Source: Planctomycetota bacterium (GTDB taxonomy: Bacteria; Planctomycetota; UBA1135; UBA2386). From it: a stretch of 64,000 nucleotides of DNA. Each line of letters begins with the position of its first letter. The first letter of the stretch is position 1. The notes beneath the pieces are model-generated. The model worked only from the letters and a program-made list of their open reading frames with translations. It made no database searches and was not told the origin of the DNA. The position numbers and the translations under genes were made by a program. The DNA lies in the NCBI GenBank assembly GCA_965228735.1, contig OZ245838.1:3360001-3424000 (forward strand), written 5' to 3'. Shown here in pieces: positions 49,014 to 57,295 of the stretch.

Positions 49014-49321
49014 GTGATTCTTGGTTTCGCTTCGTGTCGTGCGCTGCATCGCGGCCGCCCCTACTTGGGGCCCGAGCCCAGGTGCAATCACCTGCGTGTG
49101 CGAGCAGTGCGGCGGAGCGCGGCCCGGACGGGCGCGGTGGACTCCGCAGAGCGGCGGGTGCGCGTTCGCGCGGCACCGGCCAATCAGTAAATGCCCGATC
49201 GGACTCGCCCCCTGGAGGGGTCGCCGGTCGAGATGAGCGGCCGCGCGTCCTTGCGCATAGCCGCGGGTTGGTTCAGGTAAGTCTCCGAGACGGTTGGTTG
49301 GACCCGCCTGCGGAAGGCCCC

Positions 49322-49597
49322 CTACTTGCGGAGGCCGAGCTTCGCAGCGAGTTCGGTATAACGAGGCAGGTCCTTGCGGCGCAGGTAAGCGCTGAGCTTG
49401 TTGCGACGGTTGACCTTCTTCAGCAGACCGTGCCGGCTGTGGTAGTCCTTCGGGTGACGCTTCATGTGGGCGGTGAGTTCTTTGATCTCGGCCGTCAGGA
49501 GCGCGATCTGGACGTCGGCAGACCCACTGTCTTTGTCGTGGCGCCGGTTGTCTTCGATGATCTGGGACTTGAGGTTGGCTTCGCCGGTATCGGTCAT
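49322..49597 (-). CDS. rpsO: 30S ribosomal protein S15
   Basis: [16 protein letters not shown]...[18 protein letters not shown]...LGLRK; immediately upstream of pnp. Confidence 0.98.
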   Translation of the reverse strand: MTDTGEANLKSQIIEDNRRHDKDSGSADVQIALLTAEIKELTAHMKRHPKDYHSRHGLLKKVNRRNKLSAYLRRKDLPRYTELAAKLGLRK

Positions 49598-49887
49598 CCC
49601 TGCTACTTCCGTTTGTGTTTCAGAACCAGCGGGCCAGAACAGGGGTTTCCGGCGGCGCGGTCGGTCCGCCGCACGCTGCGGTCGGACGGTGATGGTTAGG
49701 TTGTCTGGCCCCGGACTCGGGGCGCCCCGGACTTCGGGACGCGAGCAGGATAGCGTTGCCCCGCCGCCAGACAACCGTCTTGCGGCCGCCATTTCGGCAG
49801 CCGGCGCCCGGTCGCGCTCTCGGCCGCAGTTCAGCGGCACGCGGCGACAACGAGCCTGAATCCGGCTTGACCGGATTCGGGGCCGCC

Positions 49888-50547
49888 CTACGGCAGCCGG
49901 TTCGGCTTCGGCAGGTGCGCCATGAGCTCGACGATGGCGAGCTCCGCGCAGCTGCGGGCCATGTAGTCCTGGTCCCGCGGCGCCGCCCCGGCACCACCCG
50001 CCTTGATCTCGCCGCTCAGCGTCCCGTACCACAGCTGCGCCCCGGTTCGATCGACGAGCGCCGCCTGCAGCTGGAAGTAGACGCGGCGGTTGATCAGCAG
50101 CTTGGACTCGTCCCAGCGATCGATCCGGACCGCCAGCGAACTCTCCTCACCCGTCGCGGCGGCCGCCTGCTGCAGCCAGGTCGGGTCGAGCACCGAACTC
50201 GTCGCGTTCGCCGCGCTGGCCACCGCCGAGCTGCCGCGCAGCGCCGCGTCGACCTTCTGGCGGTGAATCGGCGCATAGTTGCGCAGCACGAGCTGACGTT
50301 CGAGCTCCTGACGCAGGAACGTCAGGTGCCGTCCGACGGCCTGGTTGTCGGTGCCGTCCTCGACGGGCAGCACCGCGACCTGCGTCGGCGCCTTCACCGC
50401 GAGCGCGGGCGCGCTCGTGAACGAGGGATAGACCGAGATCGGCTCGGCGGTGCGGCAGCCCGCGGGGACCACCGAGACCGCGATCCACAGGAACAACAGC
50501 GCGGCTGCAGCAGCGGCCCGCCTGACGACGCTTCTCTGGTTGACCAT
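49888..50547 (-). CDS. Lipoprotein, possibly GNA1162/DUF799-like
   Basis: Lipobox [29 protein letters not shown] pattern. Confidence 0.6.
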   Translation of the reverse strand: MVNQRSVVRRAAAAAALLFLWIAVSVVPAGCRTAEPISVYPSFTSAPALAVKAPTQVAVLPVEDGTDNQAVGRHLTFLRQELERQLVLRNYAPIHRQKVDAALRGSSAVASAANATSSVLDPTWLQQAAAATGEESSLAVRIDRWDESKLLINRRVYFQLQAALVDRTGAQLWYGTLSGEIKAGGAGAAPRDQDYMARSCAELAIVELMAHLPKPNRLP

Positions 50548-50720
50548 TGACCGTTCCTCTCGCGAACGCCGACTGACCGGACGGCGGCTCGCGCTGGCAG
50601 CGATTCCGGTGCGACCATAACCAGCCGATTCGCCGGATTCCACCCACGCTCCCCGGATCCCAGCACCGAACGGAGCTCTGCACGAACCGATCACTGCTCC
50701 GAAATGATCTGCGCACGGAG

Positions 50721-50877
50721 CTGATGTCTTGCGTGTGGTCGAACACTCGCAACTCGTTGTCTGCACCGCGATCCCGAAAAATGCGTCCGTCTCGACTGCA
50801 GCCCCGTCGCTGCGAGCGCGCGACCCACCGGCGCTACGGCGCGGCGCGAACCGGCGAATCCACACGCATGACATCAG
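50721..50877. repeat. 18-bp inverted repeat (1 mismatch) bounding a 157-bp element
   Basis: ctgatgtcttgcgtgtgg (50721-50738) vs ccacacgcatgacatcag (50860-50877). Confidence 0.85.
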
Positions 50878-50883
50878 TAGCGG

Positions 50884-53073
50884 TCAGCGGGGCAGGACGG
50901 CCCACCACTCCGAGTCCGCCCAGGTCGACGGCCCGTTCGGCGCGACGGCCTGCAGGATCTGATTGCAGCGCGCGACGAGCGCCGGGTCCTGACCCGTGAA
51001 CACCTCGCGACAGATCAGCACGGCCGGGATCGACCACGGCCAGTAGGTCGGGTTGACGTGCACGTCGGGACTGCCGACCTGATAGCTGCTCGCCGGCAAC
51101 GCGTCGCCCTCGCGGTCGCCGAAGCGATACCGCACCGCGGCGCAGAGATGCCACTGCCCGCCCTGCTGGAAGATGCCGTGCCGCGCCACGAGCCGCGACG
51201 CCTCGCGCGCCAGGTCGAGGAAACCCTGCTCCCCGGTGGTGCGCCACGCGGCGAAGAAGCCCATCGCCGCGATGCTGTGCTCCCAGACGATGATCGCGGG
51301 CACGCGCTCCTGCGTGCCTGGCTCGAAGAACGCGTTGTCCGAGCCGATCTTGAGCGCGCGCAGCGGCTTGGCCGGATTGCCGACGAACGGGGCGCCGAGC
51401 CAGTTGGCCTGGATCGTCTGCAGCCGGTCGCGCATCACCTGCCGGAGGTCGGCGCGCTTCTGCGGATCGTCCGAGAGCAGCACCATGTTGGCGAGCGCCA
51501 TGAGCAGCCGCCCCTCGCCGCGCGGCTGGTCCATCCAGCCCGGCACCATCGCGAGATCGACCTCGGTGAGATCGCGCAGCTGATCCCGCAGGCCGTAGCG
51601 GCCGGTCAGCGCGAGCAGCGCGTTGAAGTTGTTCTGCGAGCGGTGCTGATCGTCGTAGGTCGACCAGCCGTTGGTCGGCGTACCGAACGGTCGCGGGCAC
51701 GGCAGCCCGAGCGTGTCGCCCGTCGTGTTGCAATGCGGCAGCTGCGAGAAGCAGCGCAGGGTCGGGTGGTTGCGGAACCACATCGGCGCGCCGCTGATCT
51801 CGCGGTAGTGGAAGCCGCGGAACGCCAGCTCGGCCACCGAGTAGGTGGCGTCGTGGATCCAGCGCGAGTCCCCCACCGTGACCGCGAACGCGCCCTTGCA
51901 CGCCCCGAAGTCCTCCTGCGCCCCCGTGCTGCCGGCGAACATGTGCAGACCACGGGGTCGGTCCGCGAACAGATCGGCCGGCTGCTGCAACAACCCGAGG
52001 AACCAGGCCCACTGCTTGTTCGCATCGGCCCAACCGTTCGTCGGCTGCGCCGGGCCCGGCACCTCGGGCGTCCGGCCGAACGCGAGCCACTTGTCCTGCC
52101 AGTCGAGCCACGCCCCGGTGCTCGGCGCCTCGCCGCGGGCGTAGAGCGCGTTCACCCGGTCCGCGACGCTCCACTGCAGGCCGAGGCCGAGGGTGCCGTA
52201 GAACGACGGCGCCGGCGTGCGGCCGGGGCCGATGAACCCCTGCATCGCGCCCGTGAGGTAGATGCCTTCCCCGCGCCGGACGACGTCCGCACCGCGGATC
52301 AGCTGCACCCAGTTGCCGTAGCTCGCATGCTGCGGCGCGAAGTTCTGGAACTCGGGGGCCGGCAGGTTGAAGCGGCGACGGAAGTCGAGGTCGAAGTACT
52401 CGCCGCTCTCGAGCCAGATCCCCACGAACCCGTAGTTCATCGTCGGCAGACGCGGGTCGGCGCACGTCAGCGTGCACTCGATCTCCGCCGAGTCCTGCAT
52501 CGAGTAGACGTAGATGTAGGCGTCGAAGACGAACGGCGAATCGCCGACGCGACCCCACAGATGGAACACGCGACGTGCCGGCGAGACATCTTCCACGACG
52601 TCGAAGCGCGGCTGCGTGAGCCGGTGCTCCCGGCCGTCGGTGTCGAGCACGACCGGCATCGGCAACATCGCCGAGGTGTCGTCGGCGACCCAGTCGCTCA
52701 TCTGCCACGGGGGCAGATCGAGAGCGTTGTTGGAAACGGGCGTGAGCGTCCCGGTCACGCGCTGTCGCGCTCCGAGCTGCGCCAACACGTGATAGAGCAC
52801 CGAGTGCTCGCCGACGGCGCTGCCACGCAACGCCAGCCAGCCGTGCGGATCGACGCGACAGATTCGCGGCAGGTTCGCGGCGTCGACCGCCGGCACGGCG
52901 ACGTCGACCCAGTGTTTGCGCGGCAGATCGGCGAGGTTGTGCAGCGTCAGGTCCTGCGCGCCGAGCGCAGCACCGCCGACACCGCAAGAACCCACCGCGC
53001 ACCACAGGGCTGCGACCCGCACCGCGAGAACGAACGCGAGAACTCGCGAGGCAAGAGAGCAGACAAGATGCAT
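50884..53073 (-). CDS. Large secreted hypothetical protein (beta-rich N-half, helical C-half)
   Basis: Signal ending GAQ; aromatic-rich, protein-like composition; no family recognised; start uncertain. Confidence 0.7.
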   Translation of the reverse strand: MHLVCSLASRVLAFVLAVRVAALWCAVGSCGVGGAALGAQDLTLHNLADLPRKHWVDVAVPAVDAANLPRICRVDPHGWLALRGSAVGEHSVLYHVLAQLGARQRVTGTLTPVSNNALDLPPWQMSDWVADDTSAMLPMPVVLDTDGREHRLTQPRFDVVEDVSPARRVFHLWGRVGDSPFVFDAYIYVYSMQDSAEIECTLTCADPRLPTMNYGFVGIWLESGEYFDLDFRRRFNLPAPEFQNFAPQHASYGNWVQLIRGADVVRRGEGIYLTGAMQGFIGPGRTPAPSFYGTLGLGLQWSVADRVNALYARGEAPSTGAWLDWQDKWLAFGRTPEVPGPAQPTNGWADANKQWAWFLGLLQQPADLFADRPRGLHMFAGSTGAQEDFGACKGAFAVTVGDSRWIHDATYSVAELAFRGFHYREISGAPMWFRNHPTLRCFSQLPHCNTTGDTLGLPCPRPFGTPTNGWSTYDDQHRSQNNFNALLALTGRYGLRDQLRDLTEVDLAMVPGWMDQPRGEGRLLMALANMVLLSDDPQKRADLRQVMRDRLQTIQANWLGAPFVGNPAKPLRALKIGSDNAFFEPGTQERVPAIIVWEHSIAAMGFFAAWRTTGEQGFLDLAREASRLVARHGIFQQGGQWHLCAAVRYRFGDREGDALPASSYQVGSPDVHVNPTYWPWSIPAVLICREVFTGQDPALVARCNQILQAVAPNGPSTWADSEWWAVLPR

Positions 53074-53353
53074 GGCCGAATCGGCCGCCCTACGCACCCG
53101 AACTGCCCATGGGGTCGAAGAATCCGCAGCAATTCTCGGTGGCTTCGCGAACGTCCTCCACACGTCCGATTCTCGACGCCGCAAACGACGGAGCGCCGTC
53201 GCGCGCGGTCGCGTCACGAACACTGACGACCGCAACGAACGTTACGCGCGATGGCAAGGGCGCGTCGGCAACGTGAGACCGCGTGCTAAGGCCACCGTCG
53301 ATTCGTGCCGATTGTGCGGATGCCGTCGCCTCGCCATCGCGACGCCGTAGTTC

Positions 53354-54394
53354 ATGCACGCCATCCGTCTTCTCGCGCTCGCGTTCGTTGCCGTTGTCGC
53401 GACGGCGCTCGCACGCGCGCAGAGCGACGAGCGGATCCGGCCGGTCGCCGAACTCGTGTTCACCGCGTTCCCCGCCGCGGACACCGTGCGCCACATCGTG
53501 CGCGACGTCGACGAAGCCGCGCGCCGGCAGATCGAGGCGCGTCTGCCGTTCCAGATCCACTTCGAGGACCTCGGCGAACACCGACTGCACGTCGCGTTCC
53601 GCGGCCAGAAGCCCGTCGGCATGATGTTCGTGCGTTCCGAGCAGACGAACTGGGGCATCGCCGACATCGGCTGGGCGATGACGCTCGAGGGCCGCATCGT
53701 CGGCTTCGCGTTCACCAACGAACGCAGTCAGGAGGCCCGCGAACTGCCGCGCTCGGTGTTCGCCCGCCAGCTCGTCGGCCTCGACTTTCGTGGCTTGCAC
53801 GCGCTCGCGGCGCCGCCGGCGACGGCCACCACGCCCGCCACCCCCGCGGGCGAGTCGCGGCCGGTGCGACCGAAGAGCCCGATGTCGCCGACCCACCGGA
53901 TGATCTTGCGGTCGGCGATGAAGGCGACGCTCGTGACCGAACTCGTGTGGCAGGACCAGATCATCGCGCTCGCCGACCTGCAGATGCTGCTCGACGAACT
54001 GCCGGGCAGTCGGCGCGGTCGCCGCGCCGTGCTCCCGGTCACGGGCGAGGCCGTCGCGCGCAGCCTGCGAAGCGGCCGCGTCGTCGAAGCCCGGGGGCAA
54101 AAGGGTACGGCGGTCGGCCAGGTGGCGCGCACCCTCGCGCACGTGCGGTTCGCGACCGGACCGCGCGACGTCGAGCTGATCTGGACGATCGACCCGACCG
54201 GTCGCGTGCTGCGCGTGCGGCCGGTCGCGTCGTGGGCGAAGGACGACCTGCGCCGCGCGTGCGCCGGGCTGCGCGGCAGGCAGCTCGAAGCGCCGCTCAT
54301 GACGGACAATCCGCTCACGCAGGTCGCGCGCGAACTCGCCATCGCGCTGCGCACGGCGCTGCCGTCGCGGCTACCAGCGGGGCTCCCGCGTTGA
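53354..54394 (+). CDS. Secreted protein with two FMN_bind-like modules lacking the flavinylation motif
   Basis: Signal RAQ; FPAAD...G..VG....G......GRI......F.RQLVG pattern, repeated in the C-half; TTGA coupling to the kinase gene. Confidence 0.55.
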   Translation: MHAIRLLALAFVAVVATALARAQSDERIRPVAELVFTAFPAADTVRHIVRDVDEAARRQIEARLPFQIHFEDLGEHRLHVAFRGQKPVGMMFVRSEQTNWGIADIGWAMTLEGRIVGFAFTNERSQEARELPRSVFARQLVGLDFRGLHALAAPPATATTPATPAGESRPVRPKSPMSPTHRMILRSAMKATLVTELVWQDQIIALADLQMLLDELPGSRRGRRAVLPVTGEAVARSLRSGRVVEARGQKGTAVGQVARTLAHVRFATGPRDVELIWTIDPTGRVLRVRPVASWAKDDLRRACAGLRGRQLEAPLMTDNPLTQVARELAIALRTALPSRLPAGLPR

Positions 54395-57279
54395 ACATCA
54401 AGGGCTACACCGGGTGGCTCGTCGCCGTCTGCACGGTCACGGGACTCGCGATCGGCTCGGCGCTCGTGATGGGCTACCGCAGCCTCGACGAAGAAGCCCA
54501 CCGGCTCGGCGCGGAGTCCCTCGCGATCAAGCAGGTCCACAGCCTCGACGACTACCTCGGCTTCTTCCTCCAGGCCTCCGACCAGGTGCTCAAGGAAGGC
54601 AGCAGCAGCGCCGTCAACACGGCCCTCCTGCACAAGGAACAGTTCGACGACCTCATCGACGGACTCGAGTTCGAACCGCTCGTTGCCGATCGCAGGGACC
54701 TGCTCGACGAGCTCCAGGGCGGCGTTGCGGCGATCCAGGAGTTGACCTGGGAGGGTGCGAAGCTCGACACCGCGGATCCCGGGCCAGAGCTCGAACGGCT
54801 GTTCGAACGGCAGAACGCGATCGCGGGCCCGCTGCCCGACCTCGTCGCCGACCTCGTGACCCAGATGAACCGGCGCGCGCGCTACCACGAGGAGGAGCTC
54901 GCGGCCGCGCAGTCGTTCCTCGTCGTCCTGACGTGGATCGCGGCGGCGGCCTACCTCGCGATCGTGTTCATGACGTGGCTGTGGTCGGTGCAGACGATGG
55001 TGCGCCCGATCGAGCAGCTCAGCGTCGCGGCGGAGCTCGCGACGCTCGACAACGACGCGTTCGAGGTCGAATCGAGCGGTCCCGAAGAGGTGCAGCGCCT
55101 CACGCGCAACATCTCGACGTTCGTCCGCACGCGCGCCGACTTCCTCGCGACGATGTCACACGAGCTGCGGACGCCGCTCAACGGCATCATCAACCTCAAC
55201 GAGCTGATGCTCGAGACCCGGCTCGACGACGAACAACGCGAGCTCGTGCGGTCCGCGAAGACGGCCGGGGAGTCGCTGCTCGCGATCATCAACGACATCC
55301 TCGACTTCTCGAAGATCCAGGCCCGCAAGCTGCAGATCGAGCAGGCCGAGTTCGACGTTCGCGAGCTCGCCGACAGCGCGCTCGAGATCATCGTGTCGGA
55401 AGCTGCGAAGAAGGGGCTCACCGTGCTGGCCAGCGTGGCCGCCGACGTCCCAGCCGCGGTGGTAGGCGACCAGACGCGCCTGCGGCAGGTGCTCGTGAAC
55501 CTGCTCAACAACGCGGTGAAGTTCACGACGACGGGCTCCGTCGCGCTGCGGATCGAGATCGCGAACGCAGCCGAAGGGACGGCACGGACCGACACCGCCG
55601 ACGAGTCGGCAACCGCCGACTCGGCCGCGCACCAGGATGCGGTAACGTCGGCGGCCGACGGCGACGCGACCCCGACCACCGGCCTGCGGTTCACGATTCA
55701 GGACACCGGCTGCGGCATTCCACCGAACGCGATCGACACGCTGTTCAAAGCGTTCCAGCAGGGCGACTCGTCGACGACGCGCAAGTTCGGCGGCACCGGT
55801 CTCGGCCTCGCGATCTGTCGCGAGCTCTGTGCGCTGATGGGCGGCGAGATCGGCGTGGAGAGCGTCGTCGACGAGGGCTCGGAGTTCTGGTTCACGGTCG
55901 CCGTCGCGGCTCCGACCGCCGATACCGCAATCGAGGCCGCGACGACCACGGCAGCATTGCCCGAGGAAGTCAGAAACCGCCGGGTCCTCGTCGCATCCAG
56001 GCACCCGACGCGGACCGAGGGCATCCTCGCCCAACTTACGGCGATCGGACTCCCGCGCTCGCAGGTCGCGACGTTCGAGAGCGACGGGGGTGAACTCGCC
56101 GAGCAACTCGCGGCGGACTCGCGCGCCTGGGTGCTGTTCGATCCGGAGGACCGCGCGTCGGCCGACCCCGACGAACTGCTTCGCACCATCGCCGGTCAGC
56201 GCAGCGGCGACAGCCGGATCGGCGTGCTGGAATGGCGGGTGCTGCGCGGGCCACGCAACGCGGCGCTGCCGAGCCACGCCGATCGCGTCCCGCTGGCGAC
56301 TTCGCTCGCCGGGGTGGAGGACTGGCTGCGCGGCCGACTGGCAATCGACGCCGACGACGACACGCAATGCGACAGCGAGGACAGAACGCGCCGCGTGCTC
56401 GTCGTCGACGACAACCCGGTCAATCGTCGCATCGCGAGTTCGTTCCTCGAGCGGGCCGGCTTCGTCGTCACCTGCGCTGCGGACGGCCAGGAGGCGATCG
56501 ACCAGTTGCTCGAACGCGCCGCCGACGCCGTCCTCATGGACCGGCAGATGCCACGGCTCGACGGTCTCGAGGCGACACGCCGGCTGCGCGAACTCGAAGG
56601 TGGCGATCAGCTCGCGACGGACGGCAACGTCAGGCTGCCGATCATCGGCCTCACCGCGGGGTCCGCGGGCGACGAACTCGATGCCTGCCGCGACGCCGGC
56701 ATGGACGACGTGCTGACCAAACCGTTCAAGGCTCGCGATCTCGTCGCTGCCGTGCGCCGCGCCATCGCCGCGCGACCGAACGCGGCAGCGGACCCGCGGA
56801 CGGCTCCGGCCGGCGACGGGCCGGCTGCCGAGCCGAGCCACGGCCCGAGCGAACCCGCGGCGAGCGACCGGCGCACGGCGCTCGTCGTCGACGACAACGC
56901 GATGAACCAACGCGTCGCGAAGGCCGTGATGCAGAAGGCCGGCTTCGACGTCGTCGTCGTCGACAACGGCCAGCTCGCGGTCGACTACCTCGCGGACGGG
57001 CCGTGCGACATCGTGCTCATGGACTGCCAGATGCCCGTGCTCGACGGCTGGGAGGCCACGCGCGCGATCCGCGAACTCGAGGAGTTCGGCCGACTCGGTC
57101 CGGGCGTCCGTTCGCCGCTGCCGATCCTGGCGGTCACCGCGAACGCGATGGAGGGCGACCGCGAACGCTGCCTCGACGCAGGCATGAACGACCACATCAG
57201 CAAGCCGATCAAACCGCGGGTCCTGCTCGCGGCCGTCGACAAGTACCTGCGCTCCGGCCGAGCCACCGCGCGCACCTGA
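54391..57279 (+). CDS. Hybrid histidine kinase (2 TM, HAMP, HisKA, HATPase, degenerate REC, two REC domains)
   Basis: FLATMSHELRTPLNG, INDILDFSKI, GD.TRLRQVL.NL..NAVKFT, TTRKFGGTGLGL, two LMD(R/C)QMP receivers. Confidence 0.93.
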   Translation: MNIKGYTGWLVAVCTVTGLAIGSALVMGYRSLDEEAHRLGAESLAIKQVHSLDDYLGFFLQASDQVLKEGSSSAVNTALLHKEQFDDLIDGLEFEPLVADRRDLLDELQGGVAAIQELTWEGAKLDTADPGPELERLFERQNAIAGPLPDLVADLVTQMNRRARYHEEELAAAQSFLVVLTWIAAAAYLAIVFMTWLWSVQTMVRPIEQLSVAAELATLDNDAFEVESSGPEEVQRLTRNISTFVRTRADFLATMSHELRTPLNGIINLNELMLETRLDDEQRELVRSAKTAGESLLAIINDILDFSKIQARKLQIEQAEFDVRELADSALEIIVSEAAKKGLTVLASVAADVPAAVVGDQTRLRQVLVNLLNNAVKFTTTGSVALRIEIANAAEGTARTDTADESATADSAAHQDAVTSAADGDATPTTGLRFTIQDTGCGIPPNAIDTLFKAFQQGDSSTTRKFGGTGLGLAICRELCALMGGEIGVESVVDEGSEFWFTVAVAAPTADTAIEAATTTAALPEEVRNRRVLVASRHPTRTEGILAQLTAIGLPRSQVATFESDGGELAEQLAADSRAWVLFDPEDRASADPDELLRTIAGQRSGDSRIGVLEWRVLRGPRNAALPSHADRVPLATSLAGVEDWLRGRLAIDADDDTQCDSEDRTRRVLVVDDNPVNRRIASSFLERAGFVVTCAADGQEAIDQLLERAADAVLMDRQMPRLDGLEATRRLRELEGGDQLATDGNVRLPIIGLTAGSAGDELDACRDAGMDDVLTKPFKARDLVAAVRRAIAARPNAAADPRTAPAGDGPAAEPSHGPSEPAASDRRTALVVDDNAMNQRVAKAVMQKAGFDVVVVDNGQLAVDYLADGPCDIVLMDCQMPVLDGWEATRAIRELEEFGRLGPGVRSPLPILAVTANAMEGDRERCLDAGMNDHISKPIKPRVLLAAVDKYLRSGRATART

Positions 57280-57295
57280 CGAACCGGACCTAGAC

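Noticed and set aside
45627..49190. 1187-aa plus-strand ORF with hydrophobic Ala/Val/Thr repeats
   Set aside because: Antisense reading of pnp and its low-complexity tail
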